This document shows positions 11,935 through 24,430 of a stretch of DNA of 64,000 nt, piece after piece (the first letter of the stretch is position 1; every line of letters starts with the position of its first letter). The notes under the pieces are model-generated. The model was not told the origin of the DNA and did no database searches. It saw nothing but the letters and a program-made list of their open reading frames with translations. The translations under genes and the position numbers were made by a program. The stretch comes from Mizuhopecten yessoensis (taxonomy: Eukaryota), in NCBI RefSeq assembly GCF_002113885.1, contig NW_018408547.1, forward strand, positions 205,165 to 269,164. Direction: 5' to 3'.

Positions 11935-12134
11935 TAAATAATTGCACATATCTTCAGAAGATATGTACAATTCAATTGAAGATATGTACCATTATATTAA
12001 AGATAGTTTCAAATATGACGAATTAAACCTATCTTCAATTAAATTGAACCTATCTTCAATTGAATTGTACCTATCTCCAATTGAATTGTACATGTCTTAA
12101 ATTAATTGAATATGTGTCAATTTGGCGTTCCATT
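11935..12134. mobile_element. MITE fragment with ~22-bp subterminal repeats
   Basis: Repeated TCTTCAATT(A/G)AATTG units ending in TTTGGCGTTCCAT. Confidence 0.55.
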
Positions 12135-12619
12135 GGTTTCTATGTTTTTAACTTTTTTTTCCGGGTAGAAATCCTGGCGGACCTACAAATGTTTATGAAG
12201 GCCTTACAAAGTTTTGTCAAAGCTCGCCTGAAAGCACCATCAGATTATTAGGTCCGACTTTATTTCATAAACGAACAACTCTGGTCGAACCGGTTCAATC
12301 ATTTGAATAGCGATAAACAAATGCGACACTAGATGCTTGCCCCACCCCCTTTTAGAAGTTTGTTTTTCGACCAAAACATTAATTGTTATACTTTTATCAA
12401 CCTCAGAGAATATATACCCCAACGCCAGATATAAATTAACACCGACTCTATTATCTTCACCTATATAATGCCTCCAGATATTTCAGAGGGCGTGTACTCT
12501 AGTCGTATGATGAAATAGAGAATAAAAATCACAGAAAAGGGTGATTTTAAAAAAAATGGGAAGAAAAACACTGAACATGAACGCATGCATTAAATAGAAG
12601 AGATTATTACCCAATAGTC

Positions 12620-12920
12620 TATATAAATTAGAATTAGTCATTTTTGACTGTTTCTGTTTTTTTGTCCAATTTCGGCTGTAGGGGTGAAACAGTATACAGT
12701 TGTTTCATGCCTTATCAGAGGGAACTGTTACCCGGCGCGAATTCGATGCGCAGAAATCTCCCCTTGAGAGTCCCGTTCAAGCGTTTATTTGATAAACGCG
12801 GTAGGGGGAACTGTTTGCCCTCGGCCTAGCGGCCTCGGGCAAACAGTTCCACAGGGCTTCCCCCTACCTCGGGATGATAGTTTTGACTGTTCCCCAAATA
12901 GCCATGAAACAATTGTATAG
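12620..12920 (+). mobile_element. Hairpin-ended non-autonomous element
   Basis: ATACAGTTGTTTCATG...GGAACTGTTTGCCCTCGGCCTAGCGGCCTCGGGCAAACAGTTCC...CATGAAACAATTGTAT palindrome. Confidence 0.65.
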
Positions 12921-13385
12921 TGTTCTGCTCCTGCACAAACAGTTACAGAGCTTCTATGTTTATTTTTGCCAAAGGGCTACATACCTTATTTATTTATCAA
13001 TACACATTTTCAAATCATTAAACATGATATGAAATATTTGGGACATCTTGCATCCACGATATTCCAGGGGTTATACTCACTTACGCTAAGAAGGGGCATC
13101 TCATTATGATGTTCGAAATTCATCCAAATATGTTGCGAAAACGGAAAAAGTATAATAAAAGAACTCTGAGATCAGAAATGCCTATTTTTACTAAACTTGC
13201 ACTCTTGAATACACTAGATGGCTTCCGAGAGCCTCCATAGCGTATCTCTGAAGTACTGCATATGTCGTTATTTCATGTAGGCAAAACATTGAGAACCTTG
13301 TCCCCCCTAGCAAATTAAAAGATGCGATAACTGCTGAAGTGTTTTGTGCCATGGCGCCTACTATTTCACACAAGTCCCTTAATTC

Positions 13386-13455
13386 ACATCTTCGCTAGCC
13401 AAGTGTTCGCTTCGTATGGAGTGTAACGAAGACAACACTTGGCTAGCGAAGATGT
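13386..13455. mobile_element. 70-bp hairpin mini-MITE with CATC...GATG ends
   Basis: ACATCTTCGCTAGCCAAGTGTT / AACACTTGGCTAGCGAAGATGT perfect 22-bp inverted repeat. Confidence 0.7.
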
Positions 13456-13596
13456 TAATTTGATGATTGGGTGAACATGCAATTCTCTATTTTAACCAAA
13501 CCGAAAACAACAACACATATGTAGGCATTCATATGTTTCCATAATTATCGACGATATGTTTACATCTTATTAATTAATATCATCTTAATTATTTTT

Positions 13597-13945
13597 AACA
13601 GAACAGAACTTTATTTAACAGTCAGATCGATACGAACGATATATGAGCAACATACATAATAACAGTAGACAGCAATGGAATAGGTCAGCTAGCATGGAGA
13701 CTGAAATGTTTGCATAACACATTTCCGAAAGTAACAAAGGTTTTTCAACAATTTTATATCAGTTGTGCAAAATAGTTCACGGTATGAAATTTGATAGTAC
13801 TTATGTATTTGAAAACTGGAAATAATATCTGGGAATATATTTTCGTCTTCCAGTACGAAAAAGCTACATTCAAATACATAGTGGCATTCATCACCAATAA
13901 CTTGTTGATCACAAAGTGAACATCGAGTTTGTCTCACTTCACCAC
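13597..13945 (-). mobile_element. Non-LTR retrotransposon 3' fragment (CCHC zinc knuckle, RTE-X-like)
   Basis: RCSLCDQQVIGDECHYVFECSFF; frameshifted; tail AATAAAGTTCTGTTCTGTT. Confidence 0.7.
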
Positions 13946-14451
13946 TGTAGGCCTATAGAAAACCCATGCGTGTAAACAAACACGATCGACGTCGTCTGTT
14001 TACTGGGAGCACAGCAAAGACATATAGGCCGTATACACTAATCAGTGTAAAATATTAATGATGCGCCGAGATTTCAGCCGTGATCGTCTGCTACTTCGGT
14101 TGATATACTGACACTGGACATCTAGTCCGGTAGCCTGTGCTACACGACACGGCCATACCGTTAACACGGAGCGGTAGATGACACAGACGACGATAACGCG
14201 TATGTACGTATTTCCCGCCATCCCGAAATGGCGCAATTATTCAAGGTTTATATAGTTTCATCGACGAATCGAGAACACGGCGGTTCTAAAAAATATCATC
14301 ACTTGAACTAAGAATGTGTAAAATAGAGAAGAAAGGACTGTTTTATCTTGGATGTGGACTTCAGCTTACAGGTACAGCATAGGAGGACAAATCTATATAA
14401 ATATATAATATTGATGAGCAGCGGCCTTGGGCGGTTTGGACGATAGGAAGT

Positions 14452-14491
14452 ATGTCTCCTACTACCAAGCCTAAGGAATCACCAGCTCACG
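14452..14491 (+). CDS. Probable first coding exon of the orphan gene ending at 20365
   Basis: MSPTTKPKESPAH then a strong G-gtaagt donor; phase 1 matches the acceptor at 19194. Confidence 0.45.
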
Positions 14492-15009
14492 GTAAGTTTC
14501 ATATACGTCATGACGGCAAAGCATATTGTTTTCTATTGCTATTCGTTATACATTCAAATGATGATATTTTCGAAACCCAATATAAGCATTATGTAAAAAA
14601 TAAATACGTTCAATTTAGTGTCACAAAAGTATTATCTAAGAATTAAATATATGGAGGATATTATGTTTTCCTGTTGAATATAATGTGTGTATATTTGACG
14701 ATTATGTCAGACTACTGATAATCAGTTTTATCCATAGAGTGATAGAATCCATTATTTCACTGGCAAACAGTTTGATAAAAATCGCCAAAACTCTCACTGA
14801 AAAATGTGCCTCTTTTTTTATTATGAAATAGTTAATGGTCCATTTGTGATATAAAACTCTCAACCAAAAAATCATAATAACACATAGGAAAAAATAAACA
14901 TGATTACGTGTATGTGCTTGCATTTGTGAATTCCCGTCATCCGGCACTTATCAGAGTACACCAACACACGTCTCCGGCAAACATACACACATTCACGCTT
15001 ACACATGGA

Positions 15010-15078
15010 GGCACGTCCTTAAATGACCTTAGCTGTTAAAAGGACGTTAAACAATATAAAACCAAACCAAAACCAAAG
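15010..15078 (+). mobile_element. SINE 3' tail
   Basis: GGCACGTCCTTAAATGACCTTAGCTGTTAAAAGGACGTTAAAC plus (AAACC)n, same tail as 48025-48250. Confidence 0.75.
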
Positions 15079-15654
15079 CAAACCTTTCATCTGCCACTAA
15101 TCAGAATAACGGCTGAGTTTTTTAAAGCAAGAATATTTTTACTATTGTCTAGTTAAAATTTATATCTGAAACACCTAGCTTTACCGACAAGAGATATTAG
15201 ATAATTTAGTCGAAAATTTCAGTGTGTCGGTAAAAAGAGGATTAAAAGAGGCTTTGTCGTTCTAGACTATATACTATCATGTCCAACATTATAGAATGTC
15301 ATTAAAGTCAGACGCCGATAATCTCAGGGTTAAAGCAAGAAGACCCAAGTCAGTTAGGGGTTATCAGGTACTACAGGATGGCCTTAACATCAGATGTATG
15401 TTAAGTCCGTGTCAAAAAAGGAAAACCTCAGTCAGCTTGGAATTATGATAGATGTCTTGAAATGTAGGCGTCGGTAAAGTTAGAATGAGAACAAAAAATA
15501 GATAAAAGAAAAGTTAGAAAACGCTAGTCATTTAGAAAGGATACGCTAGTACTGGACGTCGTTTAAGGCAGGTACCGGTAAAGTAAGGGATAAAGAAAAC
15601 TTCACTCAGTTAGAGGTTGAAAGGTATAGCAGGCGTCAGTAAAGTCAGATGCAT

Positions 15655-16350
15655 GCAAGATTTTGGTGCATTCACTTGTTACCTCTCGGTTGGATTATGG
15701 TAACGCCCTGCTCTGAGGTATATCTGACAAACTAACTAGTCGTCCAGAACACTGCAGCACGGCTAGCTACTCGTACTCGAAAGAGAGAGCAAATCACACC
15801 TGCGCTTTATTCGTTACACTGGTTACCTGTACGATACAGGTCGCAGTACAAAATTCTGGTATACACATACAAGGCACTGAACGGCACAGCTCCTCAGTAC
15901 CTACAGGAACTTGTTACCCTGTATCAGCCGTCAAGATCACTGTGGTCGGAGTCAGAATCTTTGTTGTGTGTCCAAAAATCTCGTACTGTATCCTACGGAA
16001 ACAGATGCTTTGGGAGGGTTTCGGCTACGTTGTGGAATAGCTTACCATCTGCTATTAGGAAGTCAAATACCCTGGCCAAGTTCAAGAGGGACATAAAAAC
16101 TCACCTCTTCACGTCTGCATTTTAGAATCTTTGCAAAGACGTCATGTAAATACCACCCTTTTATTTGTTCAATTATGCGCACATTGCTTTTTAAATGTAT
16201 GAAAGTGATTGCAAGCCTTTGTTGTTTGTTTTCACAATTATAACCATTACTATTATCCATATGTTGTAAAGCGCCTTAGAGTAATGTTACAAGTTATATA
16301 GGGCGCTATATAAATGTTGTATATTAATATTATTATTATTATTATTATTA
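15655..16350 (+). mobile_element. L2-clade LINE 3' fragment
   Basis: LVHSLVTSRLDYGNALL*, VQNTAARL, HWLPVRYR, LWNSLP, FKRDIKTHLF; tail GTAAAGCGCC...GGCGCTATATAAAT(ATT)n. Confidence 0.92.
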
Positions 16351-16617
16351 AAGAGACAAATCCCCATTCATTTAGAGGCTTGACAATATCACAGAACGCC
16401 TTTAATAAAAATGCAGGTTAGGAAGGGCTTTAAACATGCAATTTTAGATGTTTATATATCTAATGTATCAGGAATGGATCAATATTTGCTCCTCTATGTA
16501 CACAGCTTGTCTGCTATATCATATTTTACCCAGGCCAGTGATTATTATAGCTGTCTATTTATACTCTGTACTGAGTAGTGACAAATAAATTGGTCCTCGA
16601 GAGACACTGGTCTCTTA

Positions 16618-16799
16618 GTTACCGTGTTAACCGGTCTATCTCCATGACAACGGATACAAGGTGATTAGAAGTGATTAACTTGGTGCTGATCAACCTGTGT
16701 GATTATTAAGTATGTTCATTACAGGTAAAACAAATCCGGACATGTGTTACAGAGAGATTTCTGCATGTAATAAGTACGGTTCGATGTTTCTATGGCGAT
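16618..16799. promoter_or_regulatory. Cluster of three RFX X-box-like motifs
   Basis: GTTACCGTGTTAAC, ATCTCCATGACAAC and GTTTCTATGGCGAT versus consensus GTTNCCATGGNAAC. Confidence 0.35.
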
Positions 16800-17461
16800 G
16801 GAAAACGAACATACGATGTATCCAGCGCAAGATTGACACCTGTATCTAGCTATATGTAGGTTTCATGGAGCGTACAAATGAACATCCAGACTAAATGATA
16901 AAAAATGTTTCAGGACGCTTTCACTTAAGATTTAAAATTAAAAAAAAAACCATTGTATACTGACCCATGGGTCTATAATCACATGGAATAGAAAGTCAGT
17001 ATCAAGGTCATATCTAATTAATGCAAATTAAAATGACTAGTAAAGCACCCAGAATAGCGTGCGTGCACAAAAATACATGATACTGAGACCCGTTTCCTGT
17101 CCCATGGTCGAGCTAACCATACTTGTTGGCTGTCCCAAACCTTGGTCCGTCACTGTGTTCATCAATAAATAACAAACTCGACGCTTTAACGGCGTAATAA
17201 AGGCGCGAGTCCAATTAAATATTCAGTATGCACCAATTTGCCGTGATAGTCTTACTATGTATAAGTAAAGTTTGTCAACAATAAACATAATTAATATGAT
17301 TTGTCGGGATAGTTATTGTGACTTAATGTGATTATTGACGTGTTTATTTGTATGTAGTAAGTGCACTTTTATGGTAGAGGTGAGGCAGATAATTAATTAC
17401 ACAAGCAATGCCGTAAAAGTACAGACATACCGTAAACTCCAGGACGTGATACAATCACGAA

Positions 17462-17880
17462 ATATGGAGGAAATTTAATGGTGTCTTCAGTAATAACAAA
17501 TATATTTTACGAGTGTGGCAAATATCAAAATATTTGCTACACAAGTGAAATATTTTGTTATAACTGAAGACACCATTAGATGTTCTATTTATTACATTTT
17601 AAAAGCATAAGGAATCAGAAGCGAAATAATAAGCGCCATATTTCAATGACGTCAAGCTTGACGACAAGGCTGCGCGCCATTTTGAACGGGATACTCAACG
17701 CAATTCCGACGTTTTCTGCTATTTTCTGGTATGATTGCTTATAAAAATGTTATTAATTGTATATTTATGTAAATACTTAAGTGTGTATACCAAACATTTG
17801 ATATTTGTCACGGTGTGAAATTATATATCAGTTTTATCAAGTTGATAACATCCGATATTTCACTAAGAATGTAATAAAAA
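17462..17880 (-). mobile_element. Hairpin-ended non-autonomous element, hairpin at left end
   Basis: AATGGTGTCTTCAGT...ACTGAAGACACCATT palindrome; body bounded by TTATTACATT...AATGTAATAA. Confidence 0.65.
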
Positions 17881-18786
17881 GCTGTAAACTTTTCGAATTT
17901 TATACAGTGAAAAATGTACAGTACTGTATAACTGACATACTTGTTTTTAACCCAATAAACACTAGATTAACCAGAAGAGTAATTTTAAATACTTATTACT
18001 CAGTGCTGGCTACTTTTTAAGGGCTTTCCTCGTAGATTAAAACCTTTCATATACATCGGCATTTCGGGGTATTAGTTTTCTGAACACGAGTTCACTGGAC
18101 CACCCCACGTTCGGTCCGGTTCCTGGAGACCCATTTCCGGTGGTATATCTTATGATATAGAAATAGAAGAGATCCCTAATAATCACATATACACAATCTC
18201 TAGGCATAAGATGTCCAGGATCATCACATGGGTCTGGCCCCGCCCCTTGGTTATCACCGTCAATTTAACCGTGTACATCATTGCTGCGTACGAAGAGGCG
18301 AATGCTCACGTAGTTCTCGGGAACAATGAGGACTTAGTCCTTTGGTCAAACATTGAAAACGGATGAGAACCCCATCCTGTATTATATATGATATGCTTTC
18401 TGAGCATGGAATGATGAGCAAAATCACGATTCAATGATAAACTCTGGGTTTAATCCAAACTCCGGGACTTAGTCCAAGTGCCTTACATCGAAAGATTCGC
18501 AAGATCATCAACATACAGTGCCTTATCATAGAAACAACTGAGATCCTAAGATATAAACATTTAACCACATTACAGATCTCAGCCAAGGTTACTATAAAGT
18601 ACCATTGCCCTTATGAATCAACTGTTATGTGAAGTTGCGTAGCTCCTCTTTGACCAGAGAATCAAATGGTAAATAAAAGACGGGTTGGCTCCAAACGAGC
18701 GCAGAGAAACGCAGCCAAATTTGGGGAAATATTTGCGATATTACATTGAATGAGAATATTTTCCCATGGTCGCTTAAATATCCAGG

Positions 18787-18895
18787 CACAGGGTCACGTT
18801 ACAATCACACATATGCTATACTGACATGGGTCATATGTTTGTGTGTTGGGACCCATATCATTATAGCATATGTGCGATTGTAACGTGACCCTGTG
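18787..18895. mobile_element. 109-bp palindromic MITE with 7-bp TSD (P-element-like)
   Basis: TIR CACAGGGTCACGTTACAATC; ATCCAGG at 18780-18786 and 18896-18902. Confidence 0.85.
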
Positions 18896-19193
18896 ATCCA
18901 GGCGAGTGATACCGGCTCTCCGAACCTGTTGGTTTCTACTAAGAATTGGTTTCAGATAAAATGCCGATTAAGAACTCTTGAAATCGATGTGGATATATTT
19001 AACATCTTTTCAATTTGGATTCGTAGCTGCGATAACGTTTTTGGCTAAGCACTGTTTGCTTGGTATGGTTAGTTTTAATTAATCCTATATAAATTGTGAG
19101 TCTTCTTCTAAATTTTAAGGTGCGGAATTAAAAGCCACTTCAAAAAATTATTACTATATCATTTATCATCTTCTTCTCTTTTTTTTTCAACAG

Positions 19194-20365
19194 CAAACAC
19201 TGAAGATTCTCATGATGATTTCATAAAAAATTCAAGAATTTTGATCGAATCAACAAAAAGCAAGATGGAACGCGTGCAATCAATGTCAAATGAGTTGGGT
19301 TATCTCACCAGCCTCATAAAGGATGACCGGAAGCAGGCAACGAAATCAAGACAGCAAATTGGCAACCAATCGAAAAAGAGCATCGTCGATGTCAAGGACC
19401 CCAGTGTAGGTCGTCATAAGGATAGCAGGCCAGTTCGACAGTCAGTTCCTGGGCATATCGTGTTCGATAAACCAAAGAAAAAAGACGCATCGCCTAAAGT
19501 AAGCAGTAAGTTAAAAAAACTGAGTGACGGAGGAAGGTTTAAACTAATCGAAAGTACTTTACAGAAGGTGAAAGAGGCAGACGCGAGGGGTAAAGAATTA
19601 GCGTCACCGGAAACAAGAGACTACTCGACAACAAAAACACAACAAATAGTGATTCCCAGGGATACCAATGTCGATGAAAAAACGGAGGACGCGAAATCCA
19701 ATTCCGATCGTGTGACCTGTTGTGACACAAAGAATGGAAGTGACGTTTTGCCGGGCTGTTTGTGCGACTGTGGTGGTAATCTAATTGTTGATGAATCAGC
19801 AGAAAGAGCAATTGCTGCCAGGCATCGGGCAAAGTTTAAAACGAAACCACGTGGTCCTGTTTCCAAACATTGTTGCGTACGTCATTATAGCTCATACCAA
19901 GGGCCGGTCATATTGGCAGGCGAGGACACGGCGTTCTCACATCTTCCTGCCTTGCACGTGCACAACCTTCAAGTTCCTTCACCAAGGCCAAGGTCAAATA
20001 TGGACATCGGGTGCAAGCATTCTATCCAAATTGTAAAGGATTCAAATTCACTCAGTGCGTGTCTAAATAAAGAAGACATTCGAAACGCAGAGAAACGGAA
20101 ACTGAAAAATTGGTGGCATCATAGATGCGCATGTGTACAAGAGTACATCCGACAAAATGAACAAATGGAATCAAGGCGACCAACCTTGAAGCCGAACAAA
20201 GTGACGTTACAGACTACTGGATTTTCTTCCATATATTCGGATTCGGGTAACCTCGTACCGTATGAGGAGGTGTCCATAGGATACAGATTAATGGTGGGAG
20301 GGAAAGCATCATTTCCCATCAGTATACGTCACTTGAGAAAGTTCAGGGCACCACTCAGACGGTGA
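19194..20365 (+). CDS. Terminal coding exon of an uncharacterised Lys/Arg/Cys-rich protein
   Basis: About 390 open codons after a strong pyrimidine tract plus caacag acceptor; no domain recognised. Confidence 0.8.
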
Positions 20366-21459
20366 TGGGAATTATTGGGCGGGTATATGTCAACACTAGA
20401 ATGAAATGCTGCAACTAAAAACTTTAGCTTTGGTACTCGTTGGAACGTCATTGGAAGCCTTCAATACGACAGTTTTTCGTGAATCTTAATAAAGTCAGAT
20501 CTTATACCGAGTCGCACTGTGTATGACACGGACAGTTCATGCTACAAGTTAAAATCGTAAGCATTGTTCTTTAACATCAATTCTTTTCTTTTGCTAACTG
20601 AAGTGACAGTAAGACGTTACTCAACCAAGCGCTACAGAAGGTAAAAAAACCACCCCTCGGCATTTACACGTGCATTGTATGTATATACACAAACACGGTA
20701 CGTTGTTGCAGATGTACTTAACCTTACTGGGGCAGGAATATCGGTGCCATCAAAGTAAACTCTCTTCTTTCAATAGTAATACTAACTTTGTTGCACACAT
20801 AAGGTTCTGATGTATTAGATACTTGTATAACGTTTTAAGGAGGATAACTCAGACAATGGTCAGAAACATTATGTGTAACGTAACTTAATCCTTAATTTCT
20901 ATTGTTCTGGACACCGAAGGTGAACACTTCCTAGTGTCTAATCAATACAAATGTTTGCTGATTTACTGGGTTTTGCCCCAACATTTTCTCATCATGCTCA
21001 TCTGTAGATTATTTCTAAATTCAATATTAGAAGCACAACAGAATGGGGTGTGAACTATGTGCAGACTTATCGGCACTACTGTCTGATGGCAATAAATAAT
21101 AAGTAGTCGTCAATTCTGGTTTTGAGTTTCAAGGTGGATACAAATCATTTTTATTTCTCTTTGTGTATCTAGAATACACAACCCATTCACCTAATTACCA
21201 TCCCTCTAATACAGCTTCACAGCTTCGAATTGGACTAATCTATATTTTTTTCTGCTTTTTTTATTTGGCTATTTAGACAAAACTCTCCTGACATAGGACC
21301 CTTCTGAAAAAGAGCATCACAGCGTTAAGGTGCAGTGAACCATTTTATTCTATTTATGTATCTAGTAGAAAAAAACAATCAACATACGCTCCAATCCTCT
21401 ATTACAAAGCTTTTCTCTGGACAACAGCTGTTATGACGGCCATAAATCGATTTTCAAAA

Positions 21460-21721
21460 CGAGTTATCACAAATATGAAACAAGATTTTTTCCACTTACA
21501 TAAATAACTTTTTTGTGCCTTGGATGGAAGTACACAATGGGTCTTAATGTGGGAGGAAACTGGACTTACATGCCCAAGCAGGAGACTTCGTACCTTCAAG
21601 TCGGATCGGGGAGAACTGAAGCAGGAGACTTGGTACCTTTTCAAGTCCGATCGGGGAGAATCAAACTCCAGCCGCCTTGACGAAACGCAATTGTGCTATC
21701 CACTGCAATAACCGACCACCC
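21460..21721 (-). mobile_element. V-domain tRNA SINE with internal ~43-bp duplication
   Basis: Reverse complement matches the head and the CCTCCCACATTAAGACCC core of 60274-60520. Confidence 0.7.
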
Positions 21722-22030
21722 TAGCTAACATAGTGATATTATCGATAAACAAATCCCCATCAATCCTGAAAGTTTGATAGAACCAAGCCAGAAAATTACG
21801 TGGAAGCGTATATGGTACATCTTGACTATATTCCGACCGTATTAATAGAACTTGGATCTGAAGTGATAGATACTAGCTTATCGGGACCACCCTTCAATAC
21901 AAATAAGAAACAATATGATTTTCACTAACACATACAAACAGTTTATCATATCATTTCAGAATATTGCTTCTTTATTCAGAAAACTTATCCAAGTATTGTC
22001 GTTTCATATTGAAAACAATCAACATTGTAA

Positions 22031-22260
22031 AAAACAGTTTACGATTCATTTATACGGAATGTTAACATGACATCCACTTACCGCAAACAATTCACGATTC
22101 ATTTATACGGAATGTTAAAATGACATCCACTTACCGCAAACAATTCACGATTCATTGATAGGTAATGTTAAAATGACATCCACTTACCGCAAACAATTCA
22201 TGATTCATTGATACGTAATGTTAAAATGACATCCACTTTTAATACCGCAAACAATTCAGT
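22031..22260. repeat. 53-bp tandem repeat, about 4 copies
   Basis: AAACAATTCACGATTCATTTATACGGAATGTTAAAATGACATCCACTTACCGC. Confidence 0.95.
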
Positions 22261-22781
22261 TCAAATATTAAGGTTTTTACACAAATACATTGGTGCACAC
22301 ATAAGAATGAAATGGTATCATATGGCGAGATTTCTTGTGTGTATCCAATGAGGGCATATTCCTTGTTACAGAAATGAAATGGTTTACGCAACCAATATAC
22401 ACCTGTTATTTTTTTGTTCATTGCATAAATAGTGACGTAATTACTAAGACAATAAACATGATGTCCAAGTCGTGGACATTAATATATATGAAGTAAAAAT
22501 GGTAATAATAAAAAATTGATGAAAGTTCCATAAAGAAATTCTTGTTATGTGATCAGAATAAACTTTAACTTCATTTCAATTTATCACAAGATTTACAAAT
22601 CTTCTCCAAGGTTGTATCTGGGCAGATCCTTTTCTAAATAAGAAATGGAAACTTATTCAGAACTGTATGTGTTACAGCCAATATAAATACAATATAAGTC
22701 AGATAAAAAAAATATCTTTTTCCATCCATCATATCAAAAAATAGTCAGCTGACAGTGGATATATATATCTATACTTGTGTA

Positions 22782-22963
22782 ATAAAAAATGATTAAATGT
22801 CCATGTGAAGTAAGTAAATAAAGAAAAAATAAGAACTAACAATCGACTAAAAGGCTAGCTGCTTTCACCCTTCACAGGGCTCTTCAGGTTTTAAGTAACA
22901 GAGAGTAAGCATAATAAACCTGAAGAGCCCTGTGATTGGGTGAAAGCAGCTGGTTTTTAAGTC
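22782..22963. mobile_element. Penelope-like mini-insertion with two inverted hammerhead motifs and a 15-bp TSD
   Basis: ATCTATACTTGTGTA at 22767-22781 and 22964-22978; CTGAAGAGCCC-loop-GGGTGAAAGCAGCT on both strands. Confidence 0.75.
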
Positions 22964-23349
22964 ATCTATACTTGTGTATATATTAAAAACATTACAGAGT
23001 GTATATATAATAGAAAAAGGAATGTCTGTGTACAAACATATCTTGTTTACTCTTAATTTCAATTCTTTATAATTTTTTATATATCTATATTCAGTCTATA
23101 CAGATCTGTTAAGAAAAAAATATAATATACTTATACTGAGTAAGCTCACAGTAGCTAAATTAATAGTTATTATAATTTTTCTTCTGTAGGTATTAATAAT
23201 ATAGGATACCAGCTTACAATCTTTCAAATAAGACTTATTTTTTACATTCATATACCAAATTGGTATCATCAAAATATTTATCAGAAACATGGACCGAACA
23301 CTGAAGTCAATAAGAAAATCAACATCCCAAAGTCAAAACATCTGAGAAT

Positions 23350-24430
23350 AGAACTGGACAGAAATCAAGCAAGTCAACATACAGTAATCAACAGGAAGTA
23401 ACCACACAAATCAACAGAAAGTAACCACAAAAGTCAAAAGGAAATTATCAGACAAGTCAACAGGAAGTAATCATATAAGTCAACAGGAAGTACCACACAA
23501 GTCAACAAGAAGTAACCATACAAGTCAACAAGAAGTAACCACACAAGTCAACAGGAAGGTATCATACAAGTCAACAGGAAGTAACCATACAAGTCAACAG
23601 GAAGTAATCATACAAGTCAACAGGAAGTTATCATACAAGTAAACAGGAAGTAACCACACAAGTCAGCAGGAAGTAACCCCACAAGTCATTAGGAAGTAAC
23701 CACACAAGTCAACAGGAAGTAACCACACAAATCAACAGGAGGTAACACCACAAGTCAACAGGAAGTAACCACACAAGTCAACAGGAAGTAACAACACAAG
23801 TCAACAGGAAGTAACCACACAAGTCAACAGGAAGTAACAACACAAGTCAACAGGAAGTAACCACACAATTAGTCAACAGCAAGTAACAATACAAGTCAAC
23901 AGGAAATTATCACACAAGTCAACAGGAAGTAACCACAAAAGTCAACATGAAGTATTCATTCAAGTCAACAGATAGTAACCACACAAGCCAACAGTAAGTA
24001 ACAACACTAGTCACCAGGTAGTTATCATACAAGTCAACAGGAAGTAACAACACAAGTCAACAGGTAGTTATCATACAAGTCAACAGTAAGTAACAACACT
24101 AGTCACCAGGTAGTTATCATACAAGTCAACAGGTAGTTATCATACAAGTCAACAGGAAGTAACAACACAAGTCAACAGGTAGTTATCATACAAGTCAACA
24201 GGAAGTAACAACACTAGTCACCAGGTAGTTATCATACAAGTCAACAGGTAGTTATCATACAAGTCAACAGGAAGTAACAACACAAGTCAACAGGTAGTTA
24301 TCATACAAGTCAACAGGTAGTAACCAAACAAGTCAACAGTAAGTAACAACACAAGTCAACAGGTAGTTATCATACAAGTCAACAGGAAGTAACTACAACA
24401 ACCCACAGGAAGTAACAACACAAACAGGAA
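23350..24430. repeat. 23-bp minisatellite, about 45 copies
   Basis: AAGTCAACAGGAAGTAACCACAC, with variant AAGTCAACAGGTAGTTATCATAC. Confidence 0.97.

Noticed and set aside
14352-14451. Frameshifted upstream extension (MWTSAYRY...IDEQRPWAVW) of the orphan gene
   Set aside because: It needs an indel in an AT run and has no homology support; raw reads or cDNA are required.
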